Source: Malacoraja senta
Taxonomy: Eukaryota
Reading direction: 5' to 3'
NCBI GenBank assembly: GCA_038087875.1
Contig: JAXLNO010002757.1
Location: 248,001-312,000, forward strand
Length of the DNA: 64,000 nucleotides
A program made the position numbers and the translations under genes. Under the pieces are notes generated by a model. That model searched no databases and was not told where the DNA came from. It saw nothing but the letters and a program-made list of their open reading frames with translations. This document shows positions 48,846-59,409 of the stretch, piece by piece. Position 1 is the first letter of the stretch. Every line of letters begins with the position of its first letter.

Positions 48846-50129
48846 GAATTTTGTTTGTATTTTCTGATATAAATCAAGGATTTTGGTATAGATATGAGTT
48901 CCATGTTTAGGAAATATGTGCATGTCAGCGACGTTGTTTGCAGGTGTAGTATTAGGCAAGATGTAAACTACCTTAACACTCAATAACATTACCAAGCTAA
49001 CTCCTCCGCCATCAATCTCTGTTCAAATAATAATTGAATCACCGTCTTTTTGACCAGACAGTAGGACTCGCGTGAACTTGGAAGCTGCAGGTGCTTATGT
49101 CCTGGGAAAACGACTCATTTGGACTGGTGTTACGTTTGGCCACTGAATGGAAGATTATAATCATTTTCCTCTGGACGGTGGAATCAACACCCTTTCGCTT
49201 TCCAAGCGGGCAATTAGTGCTGTTCTCCCTTTGAAATCTACCGTGTACAAATAGCACCTGCAGATCAAGATCCAAATTGACCGCCATTCTGATTTGGAAA
49301 TATGTCGCTGATCCTCAGTATTGCAAATGCCGAAACGCCCCACGCCGACAGAATATTGTACTGGCGCCAGGAGGTCTTCAGCGGTGGAAAAAAGGATGGT
49401 TCTTCACCACGTAGTCAAAGGCAAAAAGGAAATTTTAATAAAACCTTGCTAAACACTGGGTGCTGCAATCGATAGATACAACGTATTGGTTTATTATTGA
49501 CACGGGTAACGAGATACAGTGAAAACCACTTTGCGTGGTATTCAGCCAAATCATACTATGCATGAATACAATTAAACCATACATAAGTAATGTAAAGATT
49601 TTAAAAATACCAGCGTGCAGAATATAGTGTTACAGCGTTCTGACGCTGCGCTTACAGCTAATGTGCAGATAAAATGAATGTACAAGTGTACATTGCCTAA
49701 CGTAGACGGGCTCGGCGATTTGCAACGGTGCATAAAAGGCTTCTATGAAAGATGATTTCCCCGCAGTTGCATGAAGCTGATATAGGGATGCGATGCATGG
49801 ATTCATAATGGGACTGAGAGAGGGAGCTGTGCGGTGAGAAGTTTCGCGCATTTTAGTGAGTTATTCTCTGTGCTGCGTCAGGATGATAATATTTCGATTT
49901 AGTGACATCACAAAGAAATACGGATAGTAATTGACAATATTAAAAGCTGTTCCATGGAGACGTCGCATTGAACATGACGAATAGCATTTACAAGATATGA
50001 ACAAAGAACAACCTATCGGAGGAACTCTGTGGATCAGGCAGCATCTGTGCTGGGGAGGGACAGATTAAGTTTCGTGTCGAAACCCTTGGCTTCCTTCAGA
50101 AATGTGGGGTTTTTTGCTCAAGATTCAAG

Positions 50130-50490
50130 CTTCGGCAACACCTTGTGCCTCCATTTGCAAGACATATTGAATAATGAAAGGACTAGATAGAGGGACTGTG
50201 GAGGGAATGTTTCCACTATTGGGAAAGTCTAGGACCAGGGGCCACAACCTCATAACAGTTGTAGGGTGGTGATTATGTGGAATTGGGTGCTACAGAAGGC
50301 TGTGGAGGCCATGTCAATGGATATTTTTTCAGGTGGAGATGGATAAATTCTTGATTAGTGCGGGTGTCAGTGGTTAAGGGGAGAAGGCAGGAGAATGGGG
50401 TAAAGAATGAAAGATAGATCGGCCATAATTGAATGGAAGAGTAGTCATGATGGGCGGAATGGCCTAATTGTGCTCCTACAATTTGTCATT
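50130..50490 (+). mobile_element. CR1 LINE 3' fragment
   Basis: gggaaagtctaggaccaggggccacaacctc...ggcctaattgtgctcctacaa. Confidence 0.7.
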
Positions 50491-50669
50491 TTATGAACTT
50501 ATGAAGACTGGTTGTTTTACGTGCCTTGGCTTCTTTAGGTTAGTTGATCAATACTTCAGAGATGCTTTCGTGGAGTTGCTCATGTTCGAAACACAAACGG
50601 CATGCCATATATGCTCTGTCCTAACAATTTGTAATGTGCGACAACAGGTAAATTGATTTAGATAACAGA

Positions 50670-51596
50670 TTATGAAAAAACGCTAGGTGATCTCTGGTCC
50701 GAGGTTAAAACTAATGTATTCAATAATGTAAAAGGATATTTCAGCGTATTCGTCAATGATTCTCTGAACTTTGCCTGGGCCACCGAATAAATAAATGTGT
50801 TTGTGCACGAACTCAGGTACTGCAGCATATACCCAGTGTGCTCCATAATGGCGAAAGGATCGTTGTAATCTGTGAGCATGAACTCAACGCCTGTAAATTG
50901 TGTGCATATGTAATGTACAAATGTTACCATCCATAGCAGTATAAAACAGCTTGAGATGGAGAGCAGTAAAATGATCGATTTTCTGCGGTTTACAATCTCC
51001 GGATCAGTGCAATCCTCGCTTTTCCCGTCCCCCCGGAGTCCCTTCCTTATCCGACTAGCCTGTAAAATATGTCTGGTGGTCAGGACATTAAGCAGCACAA
51101 TCAAAAGGAAAGGTACAAACGGTGTGAAGGTGATGTCGAAGAAGAAGTATGCAACCCATATTGGTAAACTGGAGAGATTTAACTTCACTTTGCAGAACCA
51201 TGGCACGTTGTCAATGATCTCCTGGTGCTCGTTTTCAAAATAAATTGGGATATTTTCTACAAAGCTTAATCCAGACACTGCCACAATAACTATGACGGCA
51301 GTTCTTTCGGTGCAATATTTTAATCTCAACTTCTGACAACAAATGGCGATGTATCGGTCAAATGTGAAGGCCGACCGAACAATCAATGGCTGCGCACACC
51401 AGGGCAATTTTAAGGCTGCAAACGGGAGTATAATGCAAGAAGGAAAGCGGAAAATACATGTCATTAATCTCATATAATACTACATCAAATATTATCACCA
51501 GTAGGTCTGCAACAGCCATGGCAACCATGTAACGTGTGATGCATTTGGAAAGACCACAGTTCCCACGAGATAGAATCACAATCGCCATAAGATTAC
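50670..51596 (-). pseudogene. GPR139/142-like class A GPCR, main coding exon with frameshift (probable pseudogene or assembly error)
   Basis: Acceptor ttctattcttgcag|gt aat. TM1-3 read NLMAIVILSRGNCGLSKCITRYMVAMAVADLL...AAIDCSV; after a frame change AFTFDRYIAICCQKLRLKYC...SSCTNTFIYSVAQAKFRES*. Only 1 nt separates V and A where 4 codons (W-x-T-V type) are expected. Exon 1 is not visible. Confidence 0.85.
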
Positions 51597-51698
51597 CTGC
51601 AAGAATAGAAAGATGCGCAGTCACAGAGAATAACCGCTTTGGACAAAACGTTATTTGGCGATTAACTCCAAATCTTTCATAAATAAAAAACAACGCGT

Positions 51699-51822
51699 TG
51701 GAGTAACTCGGCGGATAAGGTCTCGACCGGAAACGTCACCCATTCCTTATCTCCATGATACCTGTCCCGCTGAATTACTCCAGCTTTTTGTGTCTATCTT
51801 CGTTTTAAACCAGCACCTGCGA
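51699..51822 (+). repeat. Penelope-associated terminal repeat with partial hammerhead-like motif
   Basis: ggtctcgaccggaaacgtcacccattcc; ggagtaactcggcgg is inverted relative to ccgctgaattactcc. Confidence 0.6.
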
Positions 51823-54800
51823 NNNNNNNNNNNNNNNNNNNNNNNNNNNNNNNNNNNNNNNNNNNNNNNNNNNNNNNNNNNNNNNNNNNNNNNNNNNNNN
51901 NNNNNNNNNNNNNNNNNNNNNNNNNNNNNNNNNNNNNNNNNNNNNNNNNNNNNNNNNNNNNNNNNNNNNNNNNNNNNNNNNNNNNNNNNNNNNNNNNNNN
52001 NNNNNNNNNNNNNNNNNNNNNNNNNNNNNNNNNNNNNNNNNNNNNNNNNNNNNNNNNNNNNNNNNNNNNNNNNNNNNNNNNNNNNNNNNNNNNNNNNNNN
52101 NNNNNNNNNNNNNNNNNNNNNNNNNNNNNNNNNNNNNNNNNNNNNNNNNNNNNNNNNNNNNNNNNNNNNNNNNNNNNNNNNNNNNNNNNNNNNNNNNNNN
52201 NNNNNNNNNNNNNNNNNNNNNNNNNNNNNNNNNNNNNNNNNNNNNNNNNNNNNNNNNNNNNNNNNNNNNNNNNNNNNNNNNNNNNNNNNNNNNNNNNNNN
52301 NNNNNNNNNNNNNNNNNNNNNNNNNNNNNNNNNNNNNNNNNNNNNNNNNNNNNNNNNNNNNTGGCTCATGTGGAGTGCATTTGGTGGAATTTGAACAAGT
52401 GGCATATTTTCTACAGCTGACGATTTTTTCCCTCTTGATTTCAATGCAATAATAACAAAACATGGAGAGATTACATTGGGTTTATGATCTTAGACGAGAT
52501 GTGAAATCATGCTTTGCATTTCCATTAACGTTAATTTGAGGGTTTATTTGTATCAATGCAGCATTATCTGCTAGCATTAGGACTGGATTAGAGGGTATTC
52601 GCTGTAAATTGTTTGTACAGACTTGAATTGTTTTCTCTGGAAGGACATAGGTAGAGCTGAGTTCTGATAAACTATATAACATTTTCAGATGTAAAGATAT
52701 GGTAGGCAGACGAAAACATTTTTCTCCCCAGTTGAAGGGAAAGGCGAAAGGGCATAACTTTAAAATGAAAGATGAAACGTTTGACAGTGAGGGTGGTTGG
52801 TGCCTGGAATGTGCTGCCACATGTGGGGGTGGGCGGATGCAATAATGACGTTGAAGAGGATTTGAGACAGGCACGTGGGTATGCAGGGAATGGATCATGT
52901 GCAGGCAAATCAGGTTACTTTATCTTCACATCATGTTCAGCACCGACATTGTCAGTTCATGTGCTGGACTGTTCCATGTTCTGTGCCTTCAAATTATTCT
53001 CCAACATGAAAAATGCCCAGAAGAATCAGCAAGCATTGGAGATCGCGCAATGGTCTCAGTAACAAATGTAATAAACCGAGGAATTAACCATTCGTCGAAA
53101 AGATTCAGTGTTCTGCATGGACTGATTATAGAAACAAACAAAAAGGCAATGCTATGGCGGTCATGGGAGATTTCAATATGCAGGAAAATCAGGTTGGTAC
53201 TGGATTTGTAGAGTGTCTCCGAGATGGATTGTTAGAGCAGCTTGGAGTTGAGCCAACCTGGGAAAAGGCAATTCTGGATTTAGTGTTATGTTATGAACCG
53301 AATTTGATAAAGGAACTCAAGATAAAGGAACCATTAGGAGGTAGCGACCACAACGTGATGAGGTTTAATCTACAATTTGTGAGGGAGAAGGTGAAATCGG
53401 ATGTGTCTGCATTGCAGCTGACCAAAGGGGACTACAGAGGCATGAGCGAGGAGCTGGCCAAAGGAGGCTGGAAATGGACACCAGCAGCGATGATGGTGGA
53501 ACAGCAATGGCAGGAATTTCTGGGAATAAGCCAGCAGGTGCAGCATATTTTCATTCCTAAGGGGAAGAAAGATTCTAAGGGGAGAAAGAGGCGAGCGTGG
53601 CTCACAAGGTAATTCAGGGACAGTATAAAACTAAAAGAGAAAGCGCATAATATTGCGAAGATTAGTGGGTAGCCAAAGGGTTGGGTAGCTTTCAAAGAAT
53701 AATAGAAGATATCGAAACGGGCAATACGGGGAGAAAAGATGAAATATGGAGGTAAGCTAGCAAATAATAGAAATGGGGATAGCAGCAGTGACTTCAGTTA
53801 TATAAAAAGTAAGAAAGAGGCAAGAGTGGAAGTTGGGTTGCTGGAGAAGTGATAATGGGGAATAATGAAATGGCAGAGGAATTGAATCTTTCTTTTTTGC
53901 ACCAGTCTTCACAGCGGAAAACACCAGCAATGTGCCTGAAATTCTAGAGAGTCAGGGGTGGAACTTAGTGGATTGGTTATTACTAGGAAGAAAGTGTTTG
54001 GGAAGCTGAAATGGCTGAAGGTGGATATCTTACCTGCACCAGATGGACAGCACCCTAGGTTTCATAAAGAGGTGGCTTTAGAGAATGTGCAGGCATTGAC
54101 AGTGATATTTTAAGAATCACTAGAGACATGCGAGATCCCAGATGATTAGAAAAGTCCAATATTACGCCGCTGCACATGAAGGGAGCAAAGCACAATAGAG
54201 GGAACAAAAGGTCGGTTAGTCTGACTTCGGTGCTCGGTTAGATTTTAGAATCCATTATAAATGTTGAGGTTGCGAAGTACTTCGAAATTCACGATAAAAT
54301 AGGCCGAAGTCAGCATGGCTTTGTGAAGAGGATGTCTTGCTTCACAAATTTGCTGGAATTATTTGAAGATGTAAGTGGCAGGACGGCAAAGCAGAGTCAG
54401 TAGATGGTGTTTACTTAGATTTTCAGAAAGCCATTGATAAGGTGCCACACGTGAGGGTGCTAAGCGAGATGAGAGCTCACGGTATCAAAGGACAAATACT
54501 AGCATGGATTGGCTGGATGACAGAAGACAAAGGGTGGCAATAAAGGTGGCTTTTTCTGGTTGGCAACCAATGACTAGCGGAGTTCCGCAGGGGTCGGTGC
54601 TAGGTCCACTACTCTTCATGTTGTATGTTAATGATTTAGACGAGGAGATTGAAGGCTTTGTGGCCAAGTTTCGCGGATGATACGAAAATAGGTGGAAGGG
54701 CAGGTCGTCTTGAGAAAGCAGGGACTCTACAGAAAGACTTGGACAGGTTGCGAGAGTCGGCAGAGAAGTAGCAGATGGCAAAATGTGTAGCAAAGTGTCG

Positions 54801-54963
54801 CTTCGTGCTTTTTGGTAGTAGGAATAAAGACATAGACTATTGTCTGAAAGGGGGGAGAATCCAAAAATCGGAGGTGCAAAGGGACAAGGGAGTGCTGGTG
54901 CAGGATTCCCAAAAGTGTCGAATCGGTAGTAAAGAAAGCATGTTCAATGCTAGCATTTATTTC

Positions 54964-57900
54964 TTATTTATTTATTTATTTTTAAATTATTTTTATTAGA
55001 AGTACGGTAAATTACAGTAATACACAACACTTATATCTTAATACATTTTTTATACCGCTTCATTTTTTTGAGCTGTAAGAGAAAGATAGAAGTAAGAAAA
55101 GAATAATGACTCCTCAAATAAATGCTTTGAAGGATTCCCATAATAGCGTGGGGGAAATATCTGGTGTATCATTTATCTCAAAAAATAGATCCATCTGTTT
55201 TTTTAGATATATACTCCCTTGTGGGTCTTTTAAAATTTGCGAGTTAAACCTCCAGAACGATTTATTCATAGACATTCCTTCTAGTTTTAAAACAAAAGTT
55301 AACGGAGAGTGGTCTGAGATCGCATTAGTGTAGTATTTAGGGTTCATATTGTGCGGAATTAATTTTGTATCCACAAGAAAATAGTCTATCCGTGAGCATG
55401 TTTTATGCACCGTTGAATAAAACGAATAATCCCTTCCCGTCGGGTTTGCAATCCTCCACAAATCTGCTATATTTGTGTTTTCCATATATGTATGTAAAAG
55501 TTCACTGGTTTTAGATTTCATATTACCTTTTTGTTTTTGCATCGATTTATCTAGATAAGGGTCTAAAACACAGTTAAAGTCTCCTCCAATTATAACAGTT
55601 TGATAATTAAATTCTGCAATTATATTCAGAATTTTATTAAAAAATTGAGGGTTATCGAAGTTGGGCGCGTATATGTTTACCAGCGTAATTGGCGTATTAT
55701 TGATCTCTCCTGCTACTATAAGGTATCTCCCTTCCTTATCTAAAATAGTATTCTTTGATTTAAATGGAATTCCTTTACGAATGATGATTGCAGTACCTCT
55801 AGATTTGGAGGTGAATGAAGTGAAATGTTTGTCCTATCCAGTTGGCCCTCTGTCTCGTCTGATCTTGATGTTTAAGATGCGTTTCCTGTAGAAATGAAAT
55901 GTCCGTGTTGTATGATTTCAACTGAGCTAGTATCTTGCCCCTTTTAATAGGTTCATTAATACCCCTTATATTCCAACTACATAGTGTGATTCCTCCCATT
56001 TTCTTTTGATTATCGTCATACATTTTTACCAATTTTGATGATCTTATTTATTATGGTTCATTCATACCTCAGGACTCTGGTTATTTTGGGGGCATTTCTA
56101 TTATAGACTACCTTGGTAGTTCTCTTCCGCGATTGTCCTTGAAAAAAAACCACATAGATGTGACGTATTGTGATAAAAAAAAAAAGTATATCAAATAAGT
56201 TTACGGTGTCTGAGTTTTCAACACCGTAGTGAGTGTCCCACTCGTCTGTGGGGTGCGACATCGATATCGCTTCCGGCGTAGATGTTATGACGTTAGCCCC
56301 GCTGCCTTTATTACCCAAAACCTAAGGGGTCGGTACCGTTTCCAAATCAGTTCTATTTCACCCAGTTGCAGTATATATATATGTTTCATTCCGACTTCAA
56401 ATGTATTCAGTTACATATATTCCTCACTCTTTATCTCTTAACTATTTTGAATTGGTTTTAGTATTGTTAAAAGTGAGCTGTTCGCTGAAAGGGTTAACCG
56501 GAGTCAGGCTCCTGGAATTATGCCAGGTGCCTAGTCTCCTCCCCTCCCCACTCGAGCTGCGGAACATATGTGATTACTGTTGTCTGCGTTATAAAGCAGG
56601 CAACACATTTTTATCAGTATCAATTGCTATTTCTATATTAGTATTGTTAATTATTAATTATTATTGATTCTCAATATTTTGTAAAACTATATAAGCCATG
56701 TGATGTTTTTCGCTCTCAGCACATCAGATCGTCACTCCCATGTTATCAGTCTTTCCTCGTTTGAGCACAGAGTGTCCTTGAGTTAGATGCCGCAATGTTC
56801 AAGGGGAGATAATAATGTCTAGACACGTCTCATGGAAAATCTGTTGCGTGTAATAATTTTAAAAGATTGATGTTCAGTTATTTCACTTTTCTTGTGATAT
56901 TCTTGTTGGGGAAATAAGCAAATTAATTTGTTCATGACGTCTTGGTGATCAATCTTCACTTGTTGCTGCCTTGGCCACGATTTCTTGAGCGTATTTAAGA
57001 GATTCTACCGCGTTAATGAATGTTTTTGACTTTCCCATGAAAGTAATACGCATCCTGGCCGGATAATACACTCCACATATGACACCCTTGACACCGTAAA
57101 GAGCTTCTCTGGTCTGTGAGAACTTTCTTCTCTTTTGCACAATCTCGTAAGGGTAGTCCCGTAGGAGTTTAATAGAATCATTTCTGTACATCATCTCCTC
57201 TCCGTATTTGATTTTTTTCATCAGCGCTTCCATTGTTGGGATATCCCGAAGTTTAACTATGATCTGTCGTGGGTAGGCATGTTCTCCTTGAGACCTTGGT
57301 TTAAATCTGGGTAGTCGATGTGCTACTTCAATTACAGGTGCCTCAGGTAGTTTGAGTATGTGTTTAATTAGATTGGCAGTGAACTCACAAGCATTGTCCC
57401 CCTCAGATCCCTCTTTTACTCCACGTATACGTATATTTTGACGTCTTGAGCGAGCTACGAGGTCAACACATTCATCGGAAACTTTTGTAAGTTGGCTCTT
57501 GAGGCTGTCTATTTCTGACTTCATCGTCTGCATCTCTCCGGTCATCTCTTCCACAACAGCTTCCATATCTTTCACTGCAGTTACATTTGCAGAAACAGTT
57601 TCATGCACAGCCTCAAACATCTTTGTGGTCTCTTCTGCCATCTTATTAATTTTCCCCGTTAATTCTTCTTGCACATCATCAACTCTTTTTTGCAGAGCAC
57701 CAATGCCCGCAAGTATTTTTTCATTACCGGCATTAATGGATTGTATGTTTTCCATCAAATTTATGTTTCCAACTTTCAAGTCATTTTTCAAATCTCTTAC
57801 CGAGTTCTTTAACTCCTCCATTTCGGTTTTCTCTTTTGTGGTCATCTCAGTCTTAGATCGTGTATCCATTCCAGAAACCCCTCCAGAGGTCCGTTTTGCA

Positions 57901-58173
57901 GTTTCTTGATGTTCCAGAGTCTTCAGCGATTGTTTTGTAACTTTCCTCTGTGGGCTCTGACCTGGAGACGTACTTTTCATTTAAAATGACTTTCCCTCCG
58001 TTAAATTCACGGCGCTTACTGATGACGTCATCAGCACCGCGACATGAGACTCCGGTAAGTTTTTTAAAATGGTCCCGACCTCCAGACCCGATTTTAACGC
58101 GAAAAATCGCGATTTTTTTCAGCGGAGCTAAAAAATTAGCGACTGCTAGCAAAGCATGGCGCCACCGGAAGTC
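54964..58173 (-). mobile_element. L1-clade LINE, 5'-complete, internally deleted (no RT)
   Basis: 15-bp TSD gctagcatttatttc (54949-54963, 58174-58188); 5' end gacttccggtggcgccatg; ORF1; spacer; frameshifted EN fragment fused at about 55101 to a 3' UTR/A-rich tail like 35261-35410. Confidence 0.9.
56949..57980 (-). CDS. L1 ORF1p (coiled coil, RRM, CTD), intact, 343 aa
   Basis: Heptad-rich N-half; ARSRRQNIRIRGVKEG; AHR...R.IIV.L; YPARMRI. Confidence 0.9.
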   Translation of the reverse strand: MKSTSPGQSPQRKVTKQSLKTLEHQETAKRTSGGVSGMDTRSKTEMTTKEKTEMEELKNSVRDLKNDLKVGNINLMENIQSINAGNEKILAGIGALQKRVDDVQEELTGKINKMAEETTKMFEAVHETVSANVTAVKDMEAVVEEMTGEMQTMKSEIDSLKSQLTKVSDECVDLVARSRRQNIRIRGVKEGSEGDNACEFTANLIKHILKLPEAPVIEVAHRLPRFKPRSQGEHAYPRQIIVKLRDIPTMEALMKKIKYGEEMMYRNDSIKLLRDYPYEIVQKRRKFSQTREALYGVKGVICGVYYPARMRITFMGKSKTFINAVESLKYAQEIVAKAATSED

Positions 58174-59409
58174 GCTAGCATTTATTTCAAAAGGACTTGT
58201 ATGCACAAACAGGGATGTCATGCTGAGGCTCTGTAAGGCACTGATGAGGTCGCATTTGGAATATTGTGAGCAATTTTGGGCACCATATTTGAGGAAGGAT
58301 GTGCTGGCTCAGGAGCGGGTGCAGAGGAGGTTTATAAGAATAATCCCATGAATGAGCAGGTTAACCAATGTGGAGCGTTTGTCGGCACTGGGCCTGTACT
58401 CGCTAGAGTTTAGAAGTATGAGGGGGACCTCATTGGAACATACATAATAGTGAAAGGCTTGAATATAGTGGGATGTAGAGAGGATGTTTCCACGAGTGGG
58501 AGACTCTGGGACTAGAGGTTATAGCCTCGGAATTAAAGGACGTTCTTTTAGGAAGATGATGAGAAATGTATTTTGTCAGAGGGTGGTAAATCTGTGGAAT
58601 CTGTGCCACAGAAGGCTGGAGAGGCCAAGTCAGTGGACATTTTTAAGGCAGGGATATATAGATATTTGATTAGTACACGTGGCAAAGGTTATGGGGAGAA
58701 GGCAGGCAAATGAGGTAGGAGGGAGAGATAGATCACCCTTAATTGAATGGCAGATTGATGGGCCGACTGGACCAATTCTACTTTAGTCATCCATAACCTT
58801 ATGACTTTATGAATAAGAACAGCGTTTACCATGTGGTCACTTGTAGCTGACACGTTTTCAATTATCATGTCTGAATTTTATTCTAGTTTTCTGCACTAAC
58901 CTAATTTTCCTTAATAAATACCGATCGCCAATATGTGTTTATCCGTTTTGCCTAGATATCATCGTTCCAGTGCTGAAGCGATTTGATGAGAAAAGCATCG
59001 CAACATCTTATAAAACATTCTCATAGAGGTAATCACATTTCTTCTTCTATATAGTTAGGATGGAGAGGGTTAAAGAAGAGGGGGATGGTGGGAGAAATGA
59101 GAGTGCATCTGGGGGGAAGAAAAGAGAGAACAGGGGGGACACAAAAAAGATGCAGGCCTTAGCAAAATAAGCAAAAATGTTTGGTGAAATGGCCGCCTCA
59201 TCTACACAACTCTTAACCTGCAAAAGATACATCAGAACCAGAGATGTATCGAAGGCCTTCATTAAAGTGACACACAAAATCAAACAAAGTGAAAGGACCC
59301 AATAAAAGGATTGATGCTACGAAGCATCTTGTTTACTGCTCAGGATGGTTCCAGGAATGGAATAATGGAGTGGAATTATGCTAAAATAGATCATCATTGC
59401 TTTATTGAT

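Larger units (their letters stand above)
53080..58800 (+). mobile_element. Degraded CR1 LINE (EN remnant to 3' tail) split by the L1 insertion
   Basis: VMGDFN...AILDLVLC (53154-53612), RT remnants to 54963, resuming at 58174 (LAFISKGLVCTNRDVMLRLCKALMRSHLEYCEQFWAPYLRKD). Confidence 0.85.

Noticed and set aside
52362-52405. MPLVQIPPNALHMS... as GPCR exon 1
   Set aside because: Runs into the 539-N gap, so neither the TM1 start nor a donor can be seen; unresolved.
3231-52463. Long ORFs containing X runs
   Set aside because: Artefacts of translating through the three N gaps.
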